Shown piece after piece: positions 19,892 through 29,746 of a DNA stretch of 35,926 nt (positions are counted from its first letter, which is position 1; every line of letters starts with the position of its first letter). The stretch lies in IMG/VR virus record IMGVR_UViG_2061766007_004010, one strand, 5' to 3'. The position numbers and the translations under genes were made by a program. The notes under the pieces are model-generated. The model was not told the DNA's origin. It did no database searches and worked only from the letters and a program-made list of their open reading frames with translations. This DNA comes from an uncultured virus (IMG/VR IMGVR_UViG_2061766007_004010). Its lineage: Duplodnaviria; Heunggongvirae; Uroviricota; Caudoviricetes.

Positions 19892-21149
19892 CTATAGCTC
19901 CCTGGAAACCTGCTTTTCCGACGCGTTCCTCTCCATGTAGGAGGCGAGGCACTCGATTCTGTCGGCTATGCTCATGTCGTAGCTGTAGGTCATGCGGTTC
20001 GCCGCGTCTATCAGCCCGGCGCACCGCCTTGCCGCGCTCCTGAACGCGCCGGGGAGTATGCGGGCCTTTGCCGCGTCGCGTTCCTCCCGGACGATGCCGG
20101 GGCCGTCCTCGGGAAGGTCGAACACCCTGTTCAGCATGGCGTCCAGCGTAGGCCGCATCGGCAGCTCGCCCTTCGCCGCCTGTNNNNNNNNNNGGAAATT
20201 CTCGACTGCAGCTCCCTGTTAGTGGCCAGGCGGCTGGCGTCGTTGTACTTGCCGGCGCGTGCCTTGACGTCGTCTAGGAATTCCAGGTCATCCCCGGTAA
20301 GCCCCTCGTCCTCGTCCCGTCCCAGCAGGGCGTTCGCCTTGCGCGTGCTCGAGACTTCCCCGTACCTCTCCATGACTTCCGGGGTGGCCCACTTGCGGTC
20401 CNNNNNNNNNNTTCCCGTCCCAGCAGGGCGTTCGCCTTGCGCGTGCTAAAGACTTCCCCGTACCTCTCCATGACTTCCGGGGTGGCCCACTTGCGGTCCT
20501 CCGCGAGCTTCTCCGCGTCTCCGCGGTCCATCCGTGCGGTACGGTAGGCGTGGCTCAGCGCGTAGTCCGACGGGTCACCGACGATGTCCGGTGCGGAAGT
20601 GCGGATTGTCTCCGGCTTCCTGTTCTCCGAGTACCACTTGGTGAGTTCCCTCATTATGGATTCCTTGATACCGACGGAGTCGTACGAATACCCGGCCCTG
20701 TTCCATGCCTTGTTGAGCTGGCCGACGAACACGTGGTACGGCATCGGCCTGGACAGCACGTACGGGTTCCCGCGCACGCCGGACTTCACAGCCTTGTACA
20801 GGGGGTGGGATATCGCCTGCATGATTGGAATCTCGATGACCCCGTGCCGGATGTTGAAGTTCGGCCGCCCGCTGCTACGGGTGAACTTCACGGTCAGCGG
20901 GACGCCTACCGGGGTTTCCTGGGAGGAGTACACGGTGACCTCGCGCATGTCCTTGGAGTTCACCATGTCGTGGATGCTGTGCAGGGTGTCGAAGTGGAAC
21001 ACGCTCCTGTATATGTCGGGCATGATGTTCCTGAAGAGGAACGATGCAATCCTGGCGTCGCCCAGGCCCTCGAGCAGTGCCCCGTACCCGGCAACCAGGG
21101 CAGCCCTGAGTTCACCGGTGATTCCTTCGAATATGTGGTCGTCAATCAT
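19892..21149 (-). CDS. Hypothetical protein with shared N-terminal leader (MIDDHIFEGITGEL...), across gaps
   Basis: Stitched from the 20274-21512, 20131-20373 and 19892-20158 pieces. The start is set by the ATAAACT element. Confidence 0.65.
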
Positions 21150-21163
21150 ATCCGGGAGTTTAT
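21147..21163 (-). promoter_or_regulatory. ATAAACTCCCGGATATG element
   Basis: 16 of 17 nt identical to 16133-16149. Confidence 0.6.
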
Positions 21164-21180
21164 CGGGTTTGACCGGATAC

Positions 21181-21250
21181 AAAAAAAGAACGGGCCTGGT
21201 GCGCGTACCCTCGTTAAGACGCAGGGCAGAGGCGTGTCCGTTCTGATACA
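21181..21250 (-). ncRNA. Candidate small structured RNA or complex terminator
   Basis: Closing stem AGAACGG/CCGTTCT, inner hairpin TGCCCT(G)CGT-CTTA-ACGAGGGTA, a U7 tail, and TATAAAC just upstream. Confidence 0.35.
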
Positions 21251-21255
21251 CTTGT

Positions 21256-22023
21256 TTATACTGTGTGCAGATTTTTTTCGTAGCGTTCCGCGGCTTCCCT
21301 GCAGAGCTTCTCCGGGAGTCCCCGGAACATCCCGACGGAATACGCCGCACGCATGGCCTCGAACCGGACTGCCTTGCCGTCCGCCATGAACCTGACGTTG
21401 TTGCCGTCCGACATATGGAGTACGTGCTGGTCCTCGGCCGGGACGAAGTTTCCGGGAGGGTTGACCACCAGGTCGTACGGCTCTGTACTGAACTTGTCGT
21501 CGTGCCCGGCATACTCCACGACGCACCCGGTGGGAATCGCGTCGAGTTCCTCGGTTTCCGGGGCTACTATCTCCATCATGGTGACCTTCCCGGACAGCGC
21601 CGTCATGGCGACCCTGGTTTCCCAGTCGTCCCTGTACATGAGCACTAGCGGGTCGGCGATTGATTCCGCCAGGTGTTCCGTAAGCGCGGACACGGCCTTC
21701 ACCGCGGCGCAGTCGCCAACCAGCGAGCCGGTCTTCCTGTCGGTGTATATCGTGTCTATGACCCCGGAAATATGGGCTTCCTTCGTGACTGCGTCCACGA
21801 GGTCCGAGATGGTCATGCACAGGGACCGGTCCACGAACAGGCCGTGTATGAGCCCGGTGCGCACGTTGTGCACGGCGGATTCCAGGCAGTGCTGGCGTGC
21901 AACCAGTGGAACCACTATACCGGACGGGTCCGCCGAGACGAACGCAGAATACAGCGTCACCAGCTGGCTGGGTGCCCAGTCAGGCATCAGGTAGCCGAAT
22001 ACGGACGATTCCGAATTTACCAT
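21256..22023 (-). CDS. Hypothetical protein (255 aa)
   Basis: Intact ORF with AGGA RBS. Confidence 0.8.
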   Translation of the reverse strand: MVNSESSVFGYLMPDWAPSQLVTLYSAFVSADPSGIVVPLVARQHCLESAVHNVRTGLIHGLFVDRSLCMTISDLVDAVTKEAHISGVIDTIYTDRKTGSLVGDCAAVKAVSALTEHLAESIADPLVLMYRDDWETRVAMTALSGKVTMMEIVAPETEELDAIPTGCVVEYAGHDDKFSTEPYDLVVNPPGNFVPAEDQHVLHMSDGNNVRFMADGKAVRFEAMRAAYSVGMFRGLPEKLCREAAERYEKNLHTV

Positions 22024-22034
22024 TTTTGTCCTAC

Positions 22035-22310
22035 TTAGTTTGCCGTCGACAGTGCCTTGAACACCATCTTCTGGACGTCGAGTTCAGCCTGTGCAGCCTG
22101 GTTTGTCATCCTGAGTGTCGTAATGGTCTGGTCTGCATCGATTGTCGCCAGGATGACAGCTTCGGTCGGTTTCTTCGAGCCGTCGGTCGGGCAGGAAAGC
22201 TGAAGGAACTTGTTTGCCTTCGCTACGCGGTATGCGTTTTCCGCGGCATTGGCCGCTTCGTATGCCTTGCGGAGGTTGGCTTCACGGGTGGCTATTTCTT
22301 CTTTTGTCAT
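22035..22310 (-). CDS. Small helical/coiled-coil protein
   Basis: AAGGAG RBS and an Ala-rich helical sequence. Confidence 0.8.
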   Translation of the reverse strand: MTKEEIATREANLRKAYEAANAAENAYRVAKANKFLQLSCPTDGSKKPTEAVILATIDADQTITTLRMTNQAAQAELDVQKMVFKALSTAN

Positions 22311-22324
22311 AAGTTTCTCCTTTA

Positions 22325-22354
22325 AAAATGAAAGGCGCGGATTAGCCGTGCCTT
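22325..22354 (-). terminator. Intrinsic terminator-like hairpin
   Basis: AAGGCACGG-CTAAT-CCGCGCCTT followed by TCATTTTT. Confidence 0.55.
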
Positions 22355-22379
22355 AAATATAAATTATTCAGGAATCCCG

Positions 22380-22583
22380 TCAAGTCTCGGTAGGGTCGTC
22401 CGCGAGCTCCAGCTCAATCCACATGTCCTTGCCGTCCCTGGCGCACATGACGTATTCCTTGTCATCCCCGGAAGGGAGCGGGGCCTTCTCCATGGCGTTG
22501 ATGTTGACCCTGGCGTTCCGCTTCTGCTCGGCGGAGAGCTGCTGCCCCGGAGTGGTCAAAACCCTGTTCGTGATGTTCGGCAT
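22380..22583 (-). CDS. Small protein, possibly virion-associated
   Basis: QQLSAEQKRNARVNI resembles a Q.L...QK..AR.NI motif I associate with phage fibre-like proteins. ATAAACT lies upstream at 22612-22618. Confidence 0.6.
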   Translation of the reverse strand: MPNITNRVLTTPGQQLSAEQKRNARVNINAMEKAPLPSGDDKEYVMCARDGKDMWIELELADDPTET

Positions 22584-22594
22584 GGTAGATATCC

Positions 22595-22615
22595 TTGCTA
22601 TATTTTGCTATAGTT
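22595..22615 (+). promoter_or_regulatory. Tandem TTGCTATATTT / TTGCTATAGTT motifs overlapping a divergent ATAAACT
   Basis: Read directly between divergent genes. Confidence 0.7.
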
Positions 22616-22638
22616 TATCTATCAGACGAGAGGAAATT

Positions 22639-23109
22639 ATGGATACAACGTCAATCGCTTCAAACAGAACCGAAGATACGCCCAAGGGTGTCAACATTTT
22701 ACAGATGGCCGAATTCAAGCAGGCCGACAGGCTCCGGAAGATTGCCGAGACGGCAAGGGCCAGGACCATGGCGCAACGCTACGCCTACCAGAACCTGAAG
22801 AAGGCCGAGGAGATGGCGGAGGAAGGCATCACGGAGTTCAAGGACCGGATTATGACGCTTGAATTCTTCAAGGCGAACAAGCAGGCAATCAAGGTTCCGC
22901 CAGGAGTCGACCCGGATGATTACGTCGAGACGCTCTACAAGGCACAGAAGGAATCCTACAAGCTGATGGAAGACGAAGGCTTCAAGGTTACCTACGAGGA
23001 ACTCGACCTCCCGTCCACGCTCGACATCAACATGGACGCCCAGACGCGCCGCATGGTCGAGGAAACCAAGCGCTTCACTGAATCAACGGTGACTGTGTCC
23101 TGGGAATAA
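22639..23109 (+). CDS. Hypothetical protein (MDTTSIASNRTEDTPKG...)
   Basis: GAGGA RBS after the promoter motif. Confidence 0.8.
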   Translation: MDTTSIASNRTEDTPKGVNILQMAEFKQADRLRKIAETARARTMAQRYAYQNLKKAEEMAEEGITEFKDRIMTLEFFKANKQAIKVPPGVDPDDYVETLYKAQKESYKLMEDEGFKVTYEELDLPSTLDINMDAQTRRMVEETKRFTESTVTVSWE

Positions 23110-23192
23110 TGCACCGTACGTCGATTCCCGGACGCTGCATCCGGGCTTCCCGGGAAATCGCCGGGATGTCGTAATCCTTCCAGGAAACAACA

Positions 23193-23261
23193 AAGGAACC
23201 GGTCTTGCCGGTTCCTTCTATGTACAGTACGCAGAAATCCACCGGGTGCCTCCGGTGGATT
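23193..23261. terminator. Two perfect hairpins between convergent genes
   Basis: AAGGAACCGG/CCGGTTCCTT at 23193-23217 and AATCCACCGG/CCGGTGGATT at 23236-23261. Confidence 0.55.
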
Positions 23262-23394
23262 AGTTTATTTACACTTCGTATGTCTTGGCAGCGTTCGCCT
23301 TGCTGAGCTCGATTCTGCCTATCGCGGTGTCCAGGGTTTCNNNNNNNNNNTAGTACGCAGAAATCCACCGGGTGCCTCCGGTGGATTAGTTTAT

Positions 23395-25360
23395 CTACAC
23401 TTCGTAGGTCTTGGCCGCGTTCGCCTTGCTGAGCTCGATTCTGCCTATCGCGGTGTCCAGGGTTTCCGGGGTGAACTTCCCGGATTCGTCCGGCTCGCCG
23501 TAAATCTGCAGGTTCGTCATCATGGTCGAGAGGTCGGCCAGGCTGAACCTGTCGTTCGCCATCCTCTCGATTGCCGAGGAGAACTGCGGTACCGTATAGT
23601 CGGTAGGGTCTTCCTTGTCCTTGAGCGAGTTGATTAGCCTGCGGATTGTGTCCGCGTCAGGACACGGCACCTCGATGACCTCGTCGATGCGCTTGCCGCG
23701 CTTGATGATGGCCGAGTGCATCTTGGTCGGGTCGTTCACGGTGCACATGAACACGATGGACGNNNNNNNNNNTCGAGTGCATCTTGGTCGGGTCGTTCAC
23801 GGTGCACATGAACACGATGGACGCCGAATCCTGCAGCCGGGTGTGGAGGCCGTCTAGCAGGCTTATCAGGTTCTCGACCGACACGTTCTTGGTGGACATG
23901 TCCACCGAGTCGATGTCGTCGCAGCACAGGAATACCTTGGAGAACCCGGCGTCGGACAGGGACTGCACCACGTCCAGGATGGACGACAGCAGTTCTGACC
24001 GGTTGGGACCGGTGCTGTCGAAGCCCTGCATGCTGAACTTCACCACCGGGTTTTCCGGGAACTCGTTGATGAGCTGGTTCATCATGATGGTCTTGCCGGT
24101 GCCAGGTGCACCGACGAACGCGTACCCGCGGCTCTTGCCCATGTCGAGGCACTTGCCGAGAGCGTCGCGTATGGTGTCGTACTCCGGGAGGACATGTACC
24201 GCGTCCTTGCCGGAATACGTGGTTATCCTGGCGAAGAAGTTGGTGTTGTTGGAGTCCTCTGCCCCGAATATGTTCGACATGGCGATTACCGTGGTTTCCG
24301 GGTTGAACATGCTAAACTTCATCTTCTTGAGGAAGGACTGCACGATTACGCTCGCGATAGAACGCCTGCGCTCGATGAACGAGTCGAGCGACGACACGTC
24401 GACAACACCGGTCTTCTTGCCTATCACAACGAGCTGCAGGAAGTTGGTGTTGTTTACCTCGACGGTTTCGGTGTTCTCCTTCGGGCTGTAACAGGGCGTA
24501 TACATGATGGCGTAGAACGGTTCCTCGCTGTCGCCATTGATGACGTCCTTGCGGTGGCTGGTGAACTTGAACACCTGCAGCCAGAAGAACGTACTGGATG
24601 CCTTGGCCAGGATGAACCTTATCGACCCGTTGCCCTCGGTAACCAGCTGCATGTCCGGCCCGTACCTGAATAGGGACTCGACCGTGTACTTTCTCCTGGA
24701 CCCGGTATACCACCCTTCCATGAAGCCGAACCTGTTCGACGTCACGTTGAGCTCTATCTTGGCGTGGTCCGCGTCGCACTTGTACATGGCGTAGTACGTG
24801 TTCGGGTTCGCCACGCTGCAGCCGAGGGCCGTGATGAATGTGTTCGCTTCGGTAAGTCCCGGGGGGACATATTTGATTACGTCCTTGCCGAGAACCCCGG
24901 AGGATACACGGACTACGGATGTCCTGATGACGTCCCAGTCGTCCATGTTGGAGCCTCCGCGGACGACGAACTTGTCGACGACCTGCTGGCGGAGCTTCTC
25001 AAGGGCGAGCACGTTGCGGACGAACTTGACCGCATTGTACGCCCTCGGGCTTGTCTTGCGGTCTATCAGCTCGGCGGCGGACGAGGACAGCATGAGCGCA
25101 AGCTGGAACATGTTGTTCCTGAGCTGCTTGTTCTTCAGGACGTTGTCCACGAACGTGCTGTTCTTCGCCTCGATGAGGATTGACGGGATGGCGTTGGAGA
25201 TTGCCTCGATTGCCTTCATGAACGTGGGTATGAAGGCCGGCGAGGATGCATTCGCCGGGAGATTCAGCTCGGTGTCCATCGGGAACGGTGGCATGGCCGG
25301 AGGCGGTACCGGTTCAGGCACCTTCCCCTGGCTCCACTGTGATGACTTTGTATTGTCCAT
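23395..25360 (-). CDS. AAA+ ATPase with long N-terminal region
   Basis: Walker A GAPGTGKT, Walker B FLCCDDID, sensor-I TVN and arginine-finger region AIIKRGKRID. Confidence 0.88.
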
Positions 25361-25364
25361 GACC

Positions 25365-25532
25365 CTACTTTGCCTTGAAGCGGAGCTTGGCGAGCTGCTG
25401 GCCGATGTAGACAAGGATACGGATGACGATGAACGCGTACGTGCCGTACTGCGCATACTTGAGCACGGTGTCGACGGTCAGCTTGGGGAGAGTGGGCTTC
25501 TTGAACTTGAATTTGGGAAACTTGATTTTCAT
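25365..25532 (-). CDS. Small basic single-TM protein (55 aa)
   Basis: MKIKFPKFKFKKP...TYAFIVIRILVYIG... with GAGGA RBS. The stop lies 4 nt before the AAA start. Confidence 0.7.
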   Translation of the reverse strand: MKIKFPKFKFKKPTLPKLTVDTVLKYAQYGTYAFIVIRILVYIGQQLAKLRFKAK

Positions 25533-25563
25533 TTGATTTTCCTCGTTGGATGAGTTTTTTTAC

Positions 25564-25574
25564 AAATATAGCAA
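25564..25574 (-). promoter_or_regulatory. TTGCTATATTT promoter-like motif
   Basis: Exact intergenic copy. Confidence 0.7.
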
Positions 25575-25578
25575 TTTG

Positions 25579-26085
25579 CTAGAAAGTTTGAGATGCCAGC
25601 TGGAACGAAATCTGGAACCAGGGTCCGTCCTCGCCGGTGGTGTACAGCATGATTTCCAGGCGGGGGTCCAGCATGACGCTGTCGGGAACTTCCTCGTAGC
25701 TGGCGAAGTCCAGCTCGGCGACCAGCGTGCCAGCGTCGTCGCGGAATATGTTCACGTCCTCCATCGGCCGGTCGTCATGGAACCGCCAGTTGTTGAGGTG
25801 GAGCTCCACCAGCTTCTCGCATATGCTGATGATGTCGGTCAGGAGCGACGACGCGGTGAGCCGCGCGCGTTCCAGTCCGTTGTAGCAAATCCGGTGCTTC
25901 TCGGCGAGATAGAGAATCTCGTTCATGTTCACCGCCCTGATGCACTCCATCATCGGCTTGTGCCAGGCGTTCCAGTCGGTCTCCACGTGCTTCGGCTCGA
26001 CGTTCACCGGGATTTTCGCCGGGGTCGTCTTGGCCGTACTCTTGGGTGACTTCTTTTCTTTCTGCTTTGTCTTCTTACTTGCCAT
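25579..26085 (-). CDS. Hypothetical protein (168 aa)
   Basis: Intact ORF with a Lys-rich N-terminus. Confidence 0.8.
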   Translation of the reverse strand: MASKKTKQKEKKSPKSTAKTTPAKIPVNVEPKHVETDWNAWHKPMMECIRAVNMNEILYLAEKHRICYNGLERARLTASSLLTDIISICEKLVELHLNNWRFHDDRPMEDVNIFRDDAGTLVAELDFASYEEVPDSVMLDPRLEIMLYTTGEDGPWFQISFQLASQTF

Positions 26086-26230
26086 TTGGCCCTACCTTTA
26101 CCATCTTGATGGCCCTGTGCTCATGGTTCCAGGAATACTGGAGTGCCTCCCTGGCTGTCATGACGCCGAGGTCCTCGTACTCGCCGGAATCGTTCTTGAT
26201 TTGAATGTAGTATGTAGAATCGACACTCAT
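26075..26230 (-). CDS. Small hypothetical protein (51 aa)
   Basis: Hand translation MSVDSTYYIQIKNDSGEYEDLG... Confidence 0.6.
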   Translation of the reverse strand: MSVDSTYYIQIKNDSGEYEDLGVMTAREALQYSWNHEHRAIKMVKVGPNGK

Positions 26231-26237
26231 TATTGCG

Positions 26238-26547
26238 TCACCCATCGTAGCCTTCGTTTATCCAAGTCTTTTCATCGGCAACGACAAATACATTGTCACC
26301 AATGTACCTGTAATGGTTTGCGGACAGGCTCTTTGCACCTACATAACGCATATTGGACCCATCCATGTCGGATACGGTCAGGACATACTGGTATTCCTTG
26401 TCTATCCCGGTGCCTTCCTGGTTACGCTTTGCATGATGGACAAGGACATGTGTGCCGGTTTCGGCAAACTCGGTGGTATGCGTAAAGACGTAAGAGTAGA
26501 ACTCGCTGTCCGGCCGGTCATTACCNNNNNNNNNNGTTCAATATCAT
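26238..26547 (-). CDS. Hypothetical protein, 5' part interrupted by a gap
   Basis: Open frame GNDRPDSEFYSYVF...WINEGYDG, not listed in the ORF track. Confidence 0.55.
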
Positions 26548-26551
26548 CGCA

Positions 26552-26830
26552 TTACCCCCTTATGGTAATCCATTCGATTTCCTTCGGATATAGGTTCGTG
26601 CGGAGGACCGCGACGACCTTGCCTTCGGAATCCCTGATTTCGGCACTTTCAAGCTTGGCGACACGTCGATTCTGCAGGAGGTTCGTCGCGTTGTGCTTTC
26701 CGGTGTCGATGCTTGACGCCTTGTACTGCCCGGCACAGAACGACATGCCGAGCGTGCTGAACATGACCGTGAACGTCTGCTGGCGTCTAGGGTCGACTAC
26801 CACGGTCTGATGTTGCATATGAATACTCAT
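26552..26830 (-). CDS. Hypothetical protein
   Basis: GGAGA RBS directly after the promoter motif. Confidence 0.7.
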   Translation of the reverse strand: MSIHMQHQTVVVDPRRQQTFTVMFSTLGMSFCAGQYKASSIDTGKHNATNLLQNRRVAKLESAEIRDSEGKVVAVLRTNLYPKEIEWITIRG

Positions 26831-26840
26831 AGTTTTCTCC

Positions 26841-26851
26841 AAATATAGCAA
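26841..26851 (-). promoter_or_regulatory. TTGCTATATTT promoter-like motif
   Basis: Exact intergenic copy. Confidence 0.7.
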
Positions 26852-26856
26852 AAGGG

Positions 26857-27045
26857 TTATAGGCCGATATGCCTCAGTATCCAGCGGGCAAGAAGTTTTC
26901 TGCGTATTTTCTTCAGCTTCTTGCGTATTTTATCGCTAGGCTCGTTCTGCGTCATCGGGATGCATATCCTGACGAGTTCCAGAGCCTCGCCCAGCTGGTC
27001 TCCCTTGGCGGCCTCCAGCATGCCATACAGGTCCGATGACGACAT
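26857..27045 (-). CDS. Small hypothetical protein (start uncertain)
   Basis: ORF in a minus-strand run. Confidence 0.5.
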   Translation of the reverse strand: MSSSDLYGMLEAAKGDQLGEALELVRICIPMTQNEPSDKIRKKLKKIRRKLLARWILRHIGL

Positions 27046-27137
27046 GGAGCGAACCGTATCGAACTCNNNNNNNNNNAGATTTTACCAGGAGCCGGTCTAA
27101 GCAAAGCAGCCCACCAAGATATTCATGNNNNNNNNNN

Positions 27138-27980
27138 CGTGTTCTCCAGCTTGCTACCCGCTGGAAGCTGGATGCACCAGCGATTTTCCGGGATTCTTAC
27201 CACGGTGAAGGTACCTGTAACCGTCATCATGACATTTGCCAGGTCAGTGCAGTCGACATCGTTGATGCAGATGCCCGTGGAAAGGCTTACGTTGCGCCCG
27301 TCGGATATCATTGCCTTTGAGCCAACGAGATGCAAGCACTGGATTACCGGTGCCGATACGGCCGGGGTGTTTCCGCCGGTAGACTCAATGGTGGAATTGG
27401 TTATCATCGAGTTGGCAATGCGCATCAGCCCGTTAAAATTGCTCCTGTGGATGAAAGTATCCGTTACGGTCGCCGGTGACTGAAATACCGAATGCTGTAT
27501 AGTTACGTCGGAGAGTTGGACAGGAAGGTTGGCATCCGGGAATGTTTCCATGTTAACATCGTCCAGCAATACCTTGCCGGACATAGTCGAACCGCACGCT
27601 AGGATTGCTTTGACCGCGGTCAAGCTCAACGGACTAGTGCCGGAAAGCGCCTTGATGTATGAGCCGCTAATATCTACCTTTGCACCATATAGTGAGGCGT
27701 CTGACAAGTAGGTATCCTGTATCAGACCGGTAACATTAACGAGTTCGGAATTTTCAAGCGTGGACTTCTTGCCGATATACACGTTCCCGGAAACAGTCGT
27801 GCCCCGCAAAGTAGACTCGAAGTCGACCCAGGATTCGTCGTATTGATTGAGAATTGACTCAGCATCCACGATACCGCCGACCTCTCCCTTCATAAAGTGC
27901 TCGCCATCGCGAAGCGCCCTTATTCTGGTTACGGTCTTGCCGTTCTCCTTGCTGTGTATGAGCTTGTACTTCTTATCCAT
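27138..27980 (-). CDS. Phage beta-helix repeat protein, 3' end in gap
   Basis: The N-terminus KYKL...RIRALRD...KGEVGG.V..E..L....SWV is typical of a common phage family and is followed by beta-solenoid-like repeats. Confidence 0.75.
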
Positions 27981-28179
27981 CTATGACCTCGGCGTTATCG
28001 AACGCGTCCTTCAGCATGTCGGCCAGCTCGGCCTCCATCCTCCCCGAGAGACCGGCATGCGACTGCCCCAGGTTCCACATAATGTCCCCGGAAATCCTCT
28101 CCAGGGAATCCTTGAACCGGTCGTCCGTCCAGTGCTCCAGGAACTCGTCCGGGATGTCTATCTTAATCGAAAAACTCAT
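27973..28179 (-). CDS. Small hypothetical protein (68 aa)
   Basis: AAGGA RBS. An allelic re-read lies at 28327-28464. Confidence 0.7.
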   Translation of the reverse strand: MSFSIKIDIPDEFLEHWTDDRFKDSLERISGDIMWNLGQSHAGLSGRMEAELADMLKDAFDNAEVIDG

Positions 28180-28196
28180 TGATAATCCTTGGCTAC

Positions 28197-29746
28197 CTAG
28201 ACGAAGTTCCTGGCCACTTCGAGGGCCTTCATGATGGTGTCGTCCATGTCGTNNNNNNNNNNTCGCAGCGCCCTTATTCTGGTTACGGTCCTGCCGTTCT
28301 CCTTGCGGTGTATGAGCTTGTACTTCTTATCCATCTATGACCTCGGCGTTATCGAACGCGTCCTTCAGCATGTCGGCCAGCTCGGCCTCCATCCTCCCGG
28401 ATAGCCCAGCGTGTGACTGCCCCAGGTTCCACATAATGTCCCCGGAAATCCTCTCCAGGGAATCNNNNNNNNNNNNNNNNNNNNNNNNNNNNNNNNNNNN
28501 NNNNNNNNNNNNNNNNNNNNNNNNNNNNNNNNNNNNNNNNNNNNNNNTGTACTCGAACCTGCCGAGGCGGCCGGTGGCCGTCATGTTCTTAGGAAGCATG
28601 TCCAGGTATGCGTTCCACTGGGCAAGGCTTTCCGCGTTGCGCACAGGGTAGTATGCCTCGCCGCCCTTCTCGAACTTCCTGGGATATTCGTTGGTGACAA
28701 AGGTATAGTCAGCTTCGATGGCATCCTTGTTCCAGGGAGCGAAATGCTTGTGCTCGATTGTCCTGGTGTATTCCGGGTATGGGCCGGTATGGTTGACTAC
28801 AGCGACTCCCTGGAAATTATCAACTGCCAATCGGTCAGTCTTGAATTCCAGGCTACGGTATGGCAGGCACCCGTGCTGGTAGTCGAACAGCTCGTCGAGC
28901 ATACCGGAATAGAACACGTGGTCGGCCATGCCGTCCAGGTTCTTCCTGTCGGCGAGGTAGTCGACACCAAGCATCAGGGTAGCACCCGTGAACATCTTGT
29001 AAATCCAGCGGCTATATCCGTGCTTGGGGATACCCTGCCACATGTCATTGAAGTAGTTGTTGTCGAACGTGAAACGCAGCGGGATACGTGAAATAATATC
29101 CGGGCTCAGCTCGGTACACTTGCAACCCCACTGCTTCTCTGTATAGTGCTTGATGAAGAGTTCGTACAATTCCTCGCCTACCATCGAGAGAGCCTTCTCT
29201 TCAAGGTTGGCATAGGATTCTTTCTTAAATTTCTTGGTTTCCTCATCAATAATGGCACGCGCATTAGCCGGTCCAGTACATCTGATGGGCCATACCTTCG
29301 AGAACGTGTTCATGTTGAACGGTAGGTTGAATACTCGCGGTAAGCAATTATCGTGCTTTCGGTATTCCGCAATGGGACTGTTCACGAACGGCATGAAATC
29401 ATCGAACCGGTTGGCGAAATACCATGTCTGGTAGTCGCTTGTATGGAAAATGTGCGCACCGTACTTGTGGATTTCGATTCCATCTGAACATACGGTTGCA
29501 CAGTTGCCTCCCACGCTATCGCGACGGTCAACTACAAGTACCTTCTTTCCNNNNNNNNNNGGTATGGAAGATGTGCGCACCGTACTTGTGGATTTCGATT
29601 CCCTCTGAACATACGGTTGCGCAGTTGCCTCCCACGCTATCGCGACGGTCAACTACAAGTACCTTCTTTCCATTTTCAACAAACTGGGCGGCCAGGACTG
29701 CGTTGAACAGTCCCGCGCCGACGAGCAATACGTCGTATTTAGCCAT
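28197..29746 (-). CDS. glf: UDP-galactopyranose mutase
   Basis: Motifs VGAGLF, VGGNC, HKYGAHIFHT, YTEKQWG, RIPLRFTFDNNYFND..QGIP, YTRTIEHKHF, EAYYP, GRLGRFEY and the final DMDD. The span includes re-read inserts. Confidence 0.95.

Noticed and set aside
21181..21250. tRNA gene
   Set aside because: No cloverleaf or T-loop GTTCRA consensus. The same applies to 31691-31758.
22035..22310. UvsY-like recombination mediator
   Set aside because: Only a generic helical resemblance, not enough to assign without a profile search.
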